A stretch of DNA of 63,291 nucleotides, filler included, from Octopus bimaculoides (taxonomy: Eukaryota), in the NCBI RefSeq assembly GCF_001194135.2. It is 5 parts of 5 records of this genome, joined end to end, with 100 filler letters (N's around TTAATTAATTAA, not from the genome) between each part and the next. Parts side by side here need not be neighbours in the genome. Positions count along the whole stretch, not along the records: positions 1 to 27,542 come from NC_069009.1; positions 27,643 to 50,570 come from NC_068981.1; 3 more parts are not named here. One strand, given 5' to 3'. The first letter of the stretch is position 1. Each line of letters begins with the position of its first letter. Below are positions 26,015 through 38,048 of the stretch, piece by piece. Below the pieces are notes generated by a model. The model searched no databases. It had not been told where the DNA came from and was given only the letters and a program-made list of their open reading frames with translations. The position numbers and the translations under genes are program-made.

Positions 26015-27542
26015 CAGTGGGAGGAAATAAATATTCGTACATGTCAAAATTCTTTATTTATTTAATTTCTAATGAACATAAATGATATATACCAATACTA
26101 TATTTGCATACACATGCATAAACTAAGGATATGCAAAAGAAACTAATAAATTATAGTAACTAATGAATTTATATACAATTATAAATATTTAGGGGTGAAA
26201 AAGTATTCATACAGAACATAAATAACTGATAATTCTGATTTAATACTTCATAGCATAACCATTATTCAGTTCCACTTCAACCAATCACTTCTTGTAGCTC
26301 TTAATCAATGACTCGCNNNNNNNNNNNNGGAATGCATGTTGGGGCTCTTGAATGAGTTTTAATTTTCAAATAACGCCACAAATTTTCAATGGGGTTCAAG
26401 TCAGGTGACTGGCTTGGCCATTCTAATAATTTTATATTGTGATTGACAATCCATTTTTTGGTAGACTTCGCCGTGTGCTTAGGGTCGTTATCCTGTTGTA
26501 AAACCCACCCTTCACAAAGCTGGAGCTTTTCTACAGAGTCCCATGAATTATTGTTCAAAATATTTTGGTACATCTCTGCATTCATTCTACCATCTATCAC
26601 ATGTAAATTGCCAGTGCCATTTGCAGAGAAACACCCATACACAATGATGTTGCCACCTCCAAACTTTACAGTAGGAATCGTGTTTTTCAGCGAATAGGTG
26701 GTACCATCTTTCCTCCAAACATGGCTACGTGAATTTCGTCCAAACAATTCAATTTTCGACTCGTCTGTCCAAAGAGCATTTTCCCAGAATGTATCAGATT
26801 TATCTTTATGTTCATAAACAAATTTTAAACGGGCATCTCTATGCCTTTTAGTCAACAGCAGAGTTTTTCTAGCAGAGCATGACTTCAGTTCATTCCTATG
26901 AAGTTCATTGCTGATTGTTCATAGTGTAACACCGGTCCCTGAAGCTAACAAATCTTCTTGAAACTCCTTTTTGGTGATCATTGCGTTTTTTTCGATACTT
27001 CACTTCATTTTTCTTATAGATCTAGGGGAAATCTTGTGTGGTGCACCGGATCTTATTCTGTTTTCAACAGTTCCCGATTTTTTATATCTTTGAATAAATG
27101 AAGATATAGTAGAAAATGGAATACAAAGGGTCTCTGATATTTTCCTGTAACTTTTACTTGTTTTCCACTGTTCAATAATTAAGTTTTTCAATGAATTTGT
27201 GAGTTCTTTACCTTTCGCCATTATTACGACACTACTTTATGTTGTCTCAGTGCTGAATGAAGAAGCTAGCGTTTTGACATTTAAAAGTGACCACTGATAA
27301 GATTATTGGAACAAACGAGAGAGCTCTAGTAAAAAAAAAATTATTTTAACAGTATTTTGTGGCATAGAAACTCATAAATTTATTCTGTACGAATACTTTT
27401 TCACCCCTAAATATTTATAATTGTATATAAATTCATTAGTTACTATAATTTATTAGTTTCTTTTGCATATTCTTAGTTTATGCATGTGTATGCAAATATA
27501 GTATTCGTATATCCCATTTATGTTCATTAGAAATTAAATAAA
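26015..27542 (-). mobile_element. Tc1 DD34E transposon with ~200-bp IR/DR-type TIRs; right end lost in gap
   Basis: TA+CAGTGGGAGGAAATAAATATTCGTACA at 26013. 26057-26214 is near reverse complement of 27385-27542. Transposase 27221-26240: MAKGKELT...[56 protein letters not shown], ...GYAMKY*. 34 residues counted between the 2nd Asp and the Glu. Confidence 0.95.
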
Positions 27543-27586
27543 NNNNNNNNNNNNNNNNNNNNNNNNNNNNNNNNNNNNNNNNNNNN

Positions 27587-27598
27587 TTAATTAATTAA
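27587..27598. other. Synthetic scaffold-join linker (44 N + TTAATTAATTAA + 44 N)
   Basis: Identical 100-bp construct also at 50571-50670, 57691-57790 and 62036-62135. The linker gives stop codons in all six frames. Confidence 0.95.
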
Positions 27599-27642
27599 NN
27601 NNNNNNNNNNNNNNNNNNNNNNNNNNNNNNNNNNNNNNNNNN

Positions 27643-27692
<50 letters not shown>

Positions 27693-28513
27693 GGGAGAGA
27701 GAAAGAGACAGACAGACAGACAGAGAGGAAAGGAGAGAAAGAGATACAGATACAGACAAACATACAGACAGACAAACAGACAGAAGGCGTTGTCAGTTTA
27801 AATTCTTTTGGTAATCAAGGAATAATGAGGCATCTCTGAAGAGGGCCAACTATCCAAAAACAGTTCTGTTTATTCAAAGAGCAAGGGAATAATTCCCCCT
27901 CATTTCAATTTCTACAGTTAAAGATTTTCAATGAAATAACTGTAAAGTTATCTACATTATACCTATGTCACGTAATCGGAATTACGTTGTTTACCATATA
28001 AATGCATCATATTTCATTTACTAGGTGACCGATTAACGTATTATTGATCTTGTTTCTGAAGCAAAAACTGCCAGTAGCACATATATACGGTAAATGATAT
28101 GTGTGTCTGTGTGTGTGTGCATGCAAACGTAAACTGATGGATCCATCGCCTGTTTCGACGAGTAATCGTCAAATGAATTACACATAAAATCTCCCAATCA
28201 AATAGGACTCTATTCACATTCAATCACCGGCTTCAGTCACGGGCCTTGCGCCCTCGCGAGATTATTTATTTCAAATGAAATGTCCTATATAATAATGTTG
28301 CTGTCTAAGACCCTACGCGTAATATGATCGAACATGAGGCCTTCGTGGTCGGGTAGCAAACTTCTTAAGAGCGGTACCCGGCCACACTTTCCTCTACGTA
28401 CGAAAGGCAAACATGTACATATGTATCAAATGTACTTTAATACATAAATAAGAATACATTGTGCAAAGTACATAAATGAGAATACCTATCAGTATATAAG
28501 CAAAAGAGTAGAG

Positions 28514-28545
<32 letters not shown>

Positions 28546-29062
28546 CTTGTGCGTATGTGTCTATGTATCTCGATATGTATGCCAGTTTATATATATATAT
28601 ATATGAGGGGGTGTATGTATATATGTATGTATATCTATATCTACATCTATATATATATACACACACATGGGCATATATATAAATATATATATGTATATGT
28701 ACATATATATATATTCCTATTAAGTACACATATGCATATATGTGTGTGTATGCGTGTGTGTATGTTAGTATGTCTATATATATGTATATTTATATATACA
28801 CACATCTAAATGCACACACACACGTGTGCATATATATATATGAATATATATATGTATATCTATACGTATATATATACATATATATACACACATATACATT
28901 TACATATATATATATATACATAATATAGATTGATATGTATGTATATATCATTGTATATATATATGCATGTGTGTGTTTGCGTATTTGTGTATGTGTGTTT
29001 GTGTGTGTGTTTGTGTTTGTGTGTTTGTGTCTGTGTGTCTGTGCATGCAAGTATGTATATGC

Positions 29063-29101
<39 letters not shown>

Positions 29102-29663
29102 TGAAACAAGAAAGTCGAAATATTGCGAGTTTTTGCTGACGTATAAAGTTCGAAGGAAAAGAAAAAGAGGAAGAAGACGAAAAAAGAAGAAGAAAACGAA
29201 GACGAAAAAGAGAGAAAGCATCCCGAATACCAAAGAATACAGGCGCCAATATTCTAGTGCCTGTTGACAGGATTTCTTTGTGATTCGGTAATATTCTTGA
29301 AAATGTCTCGGTGTCGAGATCAATTTCTTGAAGCAATTCTCATCGCACATCATGGTGTTGTTTGCCTATTTTCTTAACACTCTTCAGTGTGAGGAATTAT
29401 TAGGCTAGGGTTCGCTGGCGAGAGAAAAGGGAGGAGGAGAGGGGGGGAAGAGGAGAAGGCAGAGGAGGAGGAGAGGAGATGGGGGGGAGAGATAATGTTG
29501 GTGCTGGTAGTGGAGGTGATGGAGGTGGTGGTGGTGGTGGAAGAAAAACGAGTAAGACAATGAGACTAAAAATAGAGAAATATTGAGCAGAGGAGTGGAA
29601 TGTGGGATGGATAGAGTGAGCTTATACACACACACTGTGTTATTAACATGTGTGTGTGTGTGT

Positions 29664-29704
<41 letters not shown>

Positions 29705-29768
29705 TGTGTGTATTGAGTGTATATAGAAAATATACTATTCATTTATACATATATATAAACATTTAGGT

Positions 29769-29802
<34 letters not shown>

Positions 29803-29996
29803 GTTTGTATGTCTGTGCTTGTCCCCACCACCATCGCTTGACAAGCGAGGTTGGTGTGATTACGTAACTTAGCTGTTCGGCAAAAGAGAACAATAGAAGA
29901 AGTACTTGGCTTACGAAGAATAAGTCATGGGGTCGATTTCGACTAAAGGCGGTGCTCCAGCATGGCTGCAGTCAAATGACTGAAACAAATAAAAGA

Positions 29997-29998
<2 letters not shown>
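29803..29998 (+). mobile_element. SINE family B, 3' half
   Basis: ccatcgcttgacaagcg...cgactaaaggcggtgctccagcatggctgcagtcaaatgactgaaac. Another 3' half lies at 59670-59795. Confidence 0.8.
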
Positions 29999-30036
<38 letters not shown>

Positions 30037-30774
30037 AAATACAGTAGGATACGTTTTGAGGAAGATGTAGCTGCTTTTTCGGGCATGTCGAGCAGCCGAG
30101 TAGAAGCTCGTTCCATTTGCTCGAAGAAAAGAACTTTGAAAGAGATTGCGAAAGAAAGTAAGAAGAAGATTGGGAAAGAAACTGGAATTGCTAAGAGGAG
30201 AACAAATTGGGAGAGAAAAAGTGTTTTGAAGATGGATAGACATAATCAGTAAATATGGAGAGATAGAGATGGATAGAGAGAGAAGGAGGGAAAAGAAAGA
30301 CAATAAAAAAAGAAAGAAACAAGAAGAAAGAAAGGAAGGAAAAAAGAAAAGGAGAGGGAAACAGGAAGGTAGAAATAAAGAAAGAAAAATAGAAAGAAGA
30401 AAGAAAAAGCAATTGGGACAGAATTTAATTAAAATAGCCACCTAAGTATCATACTTAATGTATACACGCTGCTGATATATATACGTTACGGCGGTATTTG
30501 TCCCGAGATACCATTTCTTAAGGAGGTGCCGTGTTAAAAGCACAATAGACATCAATGGGTTGCGTATATACGTAACCAGAACGACTATGTAAGTAGAACG
30601 CATCCCATGTTTACAAGGGATGTAGGTTCGTGTCCCGTTTACCGCACAAAGGGGTTTTTCAACCTCCATTTCCACATGATATTATTTATAGCTTGATGTG
30701 ATTCGAGATCCACTGTTTCAAAAAAAAAAGATGAAAATAATCTTACTTGGAAGTAGATGCGCAGCGTTCAATTA

Positions 30775-30834
<60 letters not shown>

Positions 30835-30835
<1 letters not shown>

Positions 30836-30998
30836 GGCACAGAAGTGGCTATGTGGTAAGTAGCTTGCTTACCAGCCAAATGGTTCCGGGTTCAGTCCCA
30901 CCGCGTGGCACCTTGGGTAAGTGTCTTCTACTATAGCCTCAGGCCGACCAAAGCCTTGTGAGTGGATTTGGTAGACGGAAACTGAAAGAAGCCCGATG

Positions 30999-31065
<67 letters not shown>

Positions 31066-31180
31066 GTGTGTGTTTGTTCCCCCAACATCGCTTGACAACC
31101 GATGGTGGTGTGTTTACGTCCCCGTAACTTAGTGGTCTGGCAAAAGACACCGATAGAATAAGTACTAGGCTTACAAAGAA
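30835..31180 (+). mobile_element. SINE family B after an (AAT)n tract, CpGs retained
   Basis: gtggctatgtggtaagtagcttgc...ggttccgggttcagtccc...gacggaaactgaaagaagcccg, internal microsatellite, tail to ggcttacaaagaat. Confidence 0.85.
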
Positions 31181-31184
31181 TATA

Positions 31185-31365
31185 TAGGTACAGGACATCA
31201 CCAACTGTGTGAGCAACATGAAATACGCAGACAAGCGAGTTAAATACGTAAACGATGAGAGAAAAAAATGGAAAACAAGACAAGTACACACAGAAAACGA
31301 CCCTTCATCAGTTGTCGGCTGTCTATCTACTCCTCATCTCTCGACGTTTATAAAATTCTCACGAT
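31185..31365. repeat. Dispersed repeat, related copy at 25915-26012
   Basis: Both begin ggtacagga(t/c)(g/a)tcac...aacatgaaatac... and share ga.a.aaatggaaaa.a..acaagta. The 25915 copy is interrupted by the Tc1 element. Confidence 0.5.
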
Positions 31366-32232
31366 GTCAGCAACAACAACAACAACAACACACACACACA
31401 CACACACACACACACANNNNNNNNNNNNNNNNNNNNNNNNNNNNNNNNNNNNNNNNNNNNNNNNNNNNNNNNNNNNNNNNNNNNNNNNNNNNNNNNNNNN
31501 NNNNNNNNNNNNNNNNNNNNNNNNNNNNNNNNNNNNNNNNNNNNNNNNNNNNNNNNNNNNNNNNNNNNNNNNNNNNNNNNNNNNNNNNNNNNNNNNNNNN
31601 NNNNNNNNNNNNNNNNNNNNNNNNNNNNNNNNNNNNNNNNNNNNNNNNNNNNNNNNNNNNNNNNNNNNNNNNNNNNNNNNNNNNNNNNNNNNNNNNNNNN
31701 NNNNNNNNNNNNNNNNNNNNNNNNNNNNNNNNNNNNNNNNNNNNNNNNNNNNNNNNNNNNNNNNNNNNNNNNNNNNNNNNNNNNNNNNNNNNNNNNNNNN
31801 NNNNNNNNNNNNNNNNNNNNNNNNNNNNNNNNNNNNNNNNNNNNNNNNNNNNNNNNNNNNNNNNNNNNNNNNNNNNNNNNNNNNNNNNNNNNNNNNNNNN
31901 NNNNNNNNNNNNNNNNNNNNNNNNNNNNNNNNNNNNNNNNNNNNNNNNNNNNNNNNNNNNNNNNNNNNNNNNNNNNNNNNNNNNNNNNNNNNNNNNNNNN
32001 NNNNNNNNNNNNNNNNNNNNNNNNNNTATATATATGTATATATATGTATGTATATACATGTATATATATATATATATATATATGTACATTTATATATTTG
32101 TATATATAAAATATAGATATACATATATATACATATATATATATATTTATATATACATATATACATATATGCATATATATATACATATATATATACTTAT
32201 ATATATACATATACATGTATACACACACACAT

Positions 32233-32289
<57 letters not shown>

Positions 32290-32478
32290 TATCGCATGTA
32301 TACGTATATATTGCTGAGGTATATGTTTGATTCGGAGAGAAATACGCCAAAGGCCGGAGAAATAGAGACAAATAACATACACCCACACCACAAACAACCC
32401 CCACCCCCACCACCACCACCAGAATGTCACTGCAGAATGTCACTTAACTAATTCAAAGGCCGAGAGTTTCTTCTCCAG

Positions 32479-32517
32479 CACAATCGATCTCAAACGGATA
32501 CCATCAATAAGTTCCAT
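32479..32517 (+). CDS. Candidate 39-nt internal exon of an unidentified gene
   Basis: gagtttcttctccag acceptor and CAT|gtaagt donor; length divisible by 3; open as HNRSQTDTINKFH or TIDLKRIPSISS. No homology recognised. Confidence 0.25.
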
Positions 32518-32836
32518 GTAAGTTTTGTAAGAGAAACATGACGTGAAATTTCTAAATTACTGTAATAATAAATTCACTTCGTTATTTGAATTCATTTCCT
32601 TTTCTTTCTAATTGCATGACTAAAAACTTTTAACAATTGAAACCGGTAGAAAAAAAAAGTCAATATTTTACTTTCGTTTTTTTACGATAATGTATCCAAA
32701 GCATTTTCTTTAGTTCTTTTTATATAAATTTGCTCGCATGAAACTTAACTTTTAATACGTATACAGACAGACGGACAGGTGAGTACGTATATATATTAGA
32801 GACGTTTAACATGTTACACACACACACGCACGCACG

Positions 32837-32874
<38 letters not shown>

Positions 32875-32889
32875 TATATATATATATAT

Positions 32890-32934
<45 letters not shown>

Positions 32935-33458
32935 NNNNNNNNNNNNNNNNNNNNNNNNNNNNNNNNNNNNNNNNNNNNNNNNNNNNNNNNNNNNNNNNNN
33001 NNNNNNNNNNNNNNNNNNNNNNNNNNNNNNNNNNNNNNNNNNNNNNNNNNNNNNNNNNNNNNNNNNNNNNNNNNNNNNNNNNNNNNNNNNNNNNNNNNNN
33101 NNNNNNNNNNNNNNNNNNNNNNNNNNNNNNNNNNNNNNNNNNNNNNNNNNNNNNNNNNNNNNNNNNNNNNNNNNNNNNNNNNNNNNNNNNNNNNNNNNNN
33201 NNNNNNNNNNNNNNNNNNNNNNNNNNNNNNNNNNNNNNNNNNNNNNNNNNNNNNNNNNNNNNNNNNNNNNNNNNNNNNNNNNNNNNNNNNNNNNNNNNNN
33301 NNNNNNNNNNNNNNNNNNNNNNNNNNNNNNNNNNNNNNNNNNNNNNNNNNNNNNNNNNNNNNNNNNNNNNNNNNNNNNNNNNNNNNNNNNNNNNNNNNNN
33401 NNNNNNNNNNNNNNNNNNNNNNNNNNNNNNNNNNNNNNNNNNNNNNNNNNNNNNNNNN

Positions 33459-33522
<64 letters not shown>

Positions 33523-33526
33523 GTAT

Positions 33527-33672
33527 ACGACGGGCTTCTTTCAGTTTCCGTCTACCAAATCCACTCACAAGGCCTTGGTCGGCCCGAGGCTATAGTAGAA
33601 GACACTTGCCCAAGGTGTCACGTAGTGGGACTGAACCCAGAAACAAGTGGTTGGTAAGCAAGCTACTTAGCA
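33527..33672 (-). mobile_element. SINE family B head
   Basis: acgacgggcttctttcagtttccgtctaccaaatccactcacaaggccttggtcggcccgaggctatagtagaagacacttgcccaagg. Further heads at 37423-37495 (+) and 48232-48343 (+) run into gaps. Confidence 0.85.
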
Positions 33673-35030
33673 TGTTTGTAAGATAAGTAAAACGGATTAA
33701 TAAAGCTAGGAAGATATCGATAAAGCGTTCAATGTTCAACGAATTTGGTTAATGAAAATCCAACAATTAGGTACCAATAAATGTAATTAGAATAAACATG
33801 CAAGGTAATTCTTCATGTATGAAAACTAAATCTAAATATTGCTTAGAAGAATTTCTAGAAATTTTGAGTATAAGTCGTGAGTAGGAATGGAGAAAAGATC
33901 ACGTCTTTGATTGGTGAATACATCATACGTTACCGACGATCGTTTTTATTCTACCATCTTGTTTAGATACAGAAAAAGGTATAAAATACCTGTCAAAATC
34001 AATATATCTGAAAATGCACGTATCGAAGCAACCCAGGTATACATGTATACATACCGAAGGGACAATTAACAACTATATTCCCACAAAATCTCTCCATTTC
34101 CATCAATAAATAATTACTAGAGAGAACAAATGGGACACGGATCGATAAAAGACCAACCGAGCTGAGATTACACACGATGGACGAAGGAGCTAAGGAATAA
34201 CTAACAGAGACGAAGAGTAACAAGTGTTGGTCCTAACGGGAAAACAAAAACAACCAAAATGGATTAGCTTTTTCCAGACGCGGGAAAATATTAAGCAAAA
34301 TGAATAATAAATTCATGGACCACCATCTGCAGCTTTGTGGTGAGTTATCTAAGGTTAATGGAACTGTCAACTGGAAACATTGCCGAGCAAGCTAACTGCG
34401 AGTGAAAAACTTAGCTTTCGTAAAAAAATTTCGAGGACGTAAAACTGTTAGTCACAAGTTTGCATTAAAATCGCTAGTTGTACGAAAGGTTACATCTTCA
34501 TGCTCCAAATAGTTCATTCCCAGGATACTCGACAGTCATTCCAGGTAGAGATCTGGAATATAAACAAACAAACGTGGTACAATGTTGTCGGATGAACTAC
34601 GAAGAGGAAGGGGCAAACGCTTTCCCCAAAACTTATATCAAGGGCAAAACAGAAAATTACTCCCAAAACAAAAACATACGGTCCGGAGGCTTTGCATAAA
34701 ATAAGGTACTTCTATACATACATATACACGGGCGGACATATGTATATATATACACTCACCTTCTATACACGAACACCTATTCTAATACGTATATTTATAC
34801 ATACATACAAATACACACACACACACATTCAAACGTACTTACATGCATAAAGACAGACAGGCAGACACACATACACACACATGCATGCATGCATACATAC
34901 ATACATACATACATATATACATACACATCCTGATTTACTAGATTCTTTGGAACTCAAAATAAACACGACATAGAGGTCTACGATTAAGGAAAGATATCGA
35001 TAAAGCATCGGGATATTTACTAAGCTACAT

Positions 35031-35069
<39 letters not shown>

Positions 35070-35074
35070 GAAAG

Positions 35075-35107
<33 letters not shown>

Positions 35108-36087
35108 ATAGGTATATTTAAACATATATGTGTATGTGTGTATGTGTGTGTGAACATTTATGCATGAAGCTACACACGTGTGTATTAATTTTATATGTGT
35201 GCGTGTGTGTGTGTATAGGTTTATCTATACATATATGTGTGTATGTGTGTGCATATATATGTATGAATGTACACATGTGTGTATTCATGTTATGTATAAC
35301 TATGTGTGCGTGTGTGTGTCTATGTATAAATGCATTTGTGTATAAATCCATCACGTGATCACAAGTTACATATACATCTCTGTGCAAGTAAACTTAATAG
35401 GTTTCTTCCATAAAGTTGTCTCCTCTTCATCCACGAATCTCCCACAGCTTCGGTTTAGATTACAAACCGTTTTTGCTGGTGGGAGTTTGCTATGTTCTCC
35501 TCTGATCACGTGACCAGACAGGAAACATAACACAATGTAGCGCTAATGTAGCACAACGTCACAAACATACATGGGAGTTGAAGACTCCCAAGAATTCAAG
35601 AACAAAATCCCATGTTACAAGACACTGCTAAATAAATAATTATCGTTTTGATTCCGTTAGCAATAATGGCGACTGTTGTAACAACGGAGGATTTCAGAAT
35701 AACGAAAAAGCAGGGAGACGTATATTTCTACTGTTTCCATGTGATTTGATTAAAAGTTCAATATTTTAATGAGTAATATGTTTGGAGGAATGCTTGTTCC
35801 CTGTATGTTCGTGGGATGTTTTTGACTGATAGTCTGGTTTGTTAGCAAGCACGAGGTCACGTGCATTCATATGCAAACAATAAACAATCCTCAGCTAAGG
35901 CCTAAACAACTACGAGCTTTATGTATGTGCAGTTTGTGTGTATAAATATTCAACGTTGTAATTCTTATGTGGATTGTAATGTGCATATATATACATACAT
36001 ACATATATATATGTAATATTTATATGTATATATATATGTGCATATGCATAGATACACACACACATATGCATATACATGTATATATAA

Positions 36088-36118
<31 letters not shown>

Positions 36119-36545
36119 CATATACATACATATATATATGTAATATTTATATGTATATATATATGTGCATATGCATAGATACACACACACATATGCATAT
36201 ACATGTATATATAAATATATATATATATATATACACACATGTATATATACATATATATATATATATGCAATGCATACAAACATATACATACATATATATA
36301 TATATGTGCGTGTGTGTGTAAATCCCTGTAGAGCTCTATGCTATCGAATATACATGACGAGCTAAGTCAATTTCTTTACAAAGTGCACATGTTTACGCGC
36401 TCACATATATACCTTTCTTACTATGTGTGTGCACGCGCGCAGAGACACACACTGGCACTCATAAAATGTGTCATTCTTTCCATTTTCTATCAATCTATCC
36501 ATCAATCTCTCTCTCTCTCTCTATCTCTATCTATCTATCTATCTA

Positions 36546-36597
<52 letters not shown>

Positions 36598-36870
36598 GTT
36601 TCTGTATCTATCAATCTGTCTATTAATTTATAGGCAAGACACATTTCCGAATTTCCGCGAACATAGTCGTCCACGAAACTTGATGCAGCATGTGGAGATG
36701 TCTGACCTGTCACTCAACAAATACAACTTAAAACTCGATGTGTCGAGTGCCACTTCCTTCGGTGTTCTGTTTTGCAATAACCAGAAATGTGTCTGACGAA
36801 AGTAGCATTAGTTTTTTTAAGGTCGTTCAATTTGTCCCAACTGATCAATATACCAACTAAGTGAACATAG

Positions 36871-36998
36871 CAGTACCTATAATCAGTACCAATAATGTAC
36901 CTATCAGTACCTATAATCGGTACCTATAACCAGTACCTATAATGTACCCATCAGTACCTATAATCAGTACCAATAATGTACCTATCAGTACCTATAAT
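36871..36998. repeat. 13-bp minisatellite (CAGTACCTATAAT) with interspersed 8-mers
   Basis: Unit pattern 13-13-8-13-13-13-8-13-13-8-13; 36871-36917 is identical to 36952-36998. Confidence 0.9.
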
Positions 36999-37312
36999 TA
37001 CTACCTGTCATCAATACCTCCAGTCAGTGCCTCAAATGACTACTGGAAACAGATGTAAGCTAAATTCGCTCCAATAAAGGGAAAAATATGTAACGACCGT
37101 TATTTATACATTGTCTTATCACCAAGATTAGTTTGATATTTACAATATATCATAGTGATGAACGATAATCTTGGACCTTGGCATAAGAATACATGAAGTT
37201 CTTCACTAATCTAAACAGTATTGTTAACCTGGTATTCCCAACAGAGAGCTTATGAAGTATTTTGCCTGGATTGATAATCCCTCAATATTAGCTCTGTCTG
37301 TCTGTCTCTGTC

Positions 37313-37390
<78 letters not shown>

Positions 37391-37758
37391 TCTCTCTCTC
37401 ACTCTCTCCTTCTCTCTGTTTAGGCGTGGCTGTGTGGTAAGAAGCTAGCTTCCTAACCACATGGTTCCGGGTTCAACGCCACTGCGTCGCGCTTTNNNNN
37501 NNNNNNNNNNNNNNNNNNNNNNNNNNNNNNNNNNNNNNNNNNNNNNNNNNNNNNNNNNNNNNNNNNNNNNNNNNNNNNNNNNNNNNNNNNNNNNNNNNNN
37601 NNNNNNNNNNNNNNNNNNNNNNNNNNNNNNNNNNNNNNNNNNNNNNNNNNNNNNNNNNNNNNNNNNNNNNNNNNNNNNNNNNNNNNNNNNNNNNNNNNNN
37701 NNNNNNNNNNNNNNNNNNNNGTGTGTGTGTGTGTGTATGTGTGTGTGTGTGTGTGTGC

Positions 37759-38048
37759 GTAGGCGCGTGGCTTAGTGGTTAGGGTATTCGGCAACGCGTT
37801 GTGTCCTTGAGCAAGGCACTTTATTTCATGTTGCTCCAGTCCATTCAGCTGGCAAAACTGAGTAATACCTGCATTTCAAAGGGTCATCCTTGCCTCATAT
37901 TGTTTCACGCTGAATCTCCCTGAGAACTACGTTAGGTGTACGTGTGTCCGTGGAGTGCTCAGCCACTTGCACGTTGATTTCACAAGCAAGCTGTTCCGTT
38001 GATCGGATCAACTGGAACCCTCGTCGTCGTAACTGACGGAGTGCCACG
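37759..38048 (+). mobile_element. SINE family C, CpGs retained
   Basis: aggcgcgtggcttagtggttagggta...gtgtccttgagcaaggcac...gttccgttgatcggatcaactggaaccctcgtcgtcgtaactgacggagtgcc. Confidence 0.85.

Noticed and set aside
27587-27598. TTAATTAATTAA recurring four times as a possible biological motif (piggyBac TTAA or homeodomain site)
   Set aside because: It is always centred in exactly 44 N + 44 N, so it is a synthetic six-frame-stop scaffold linker.
27836-27866. Hammerhead candidate CTGAAGA-ggg..tcc-AAAAAC
   Set aside because: GAAA is absent and there is no stem I partner.
29230-30252. ORFs at 28790-29353, 28860-29336 and 30001-30252 as protein-coding exons
   Set aside because: They are mostly low-complexity purine or pyrimidine tracts with weak or absent splice signals and no recognisable domain.
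31295-31345. CTGATGA on the minus strand of the dispersed repeat
   Set aside because: No downstream stem II or GAAA, and a permuted arrangement does not fold.
34055-34232. Minus-strand candidate exon (DQHLLLFVSVSYS...NCPF) resembling a membrane protein
   Set aside because: The hydrophobic open frame is expected from pyrimidine-rich DNA, no motif is recognised, and it conflicts with the + strand candidates. It remains only a remote possibility.
36871-36998. CRISPR-like array
   Set aside because: No unique spacers, units are too short, no cas genes, and the context is eukaryotic.
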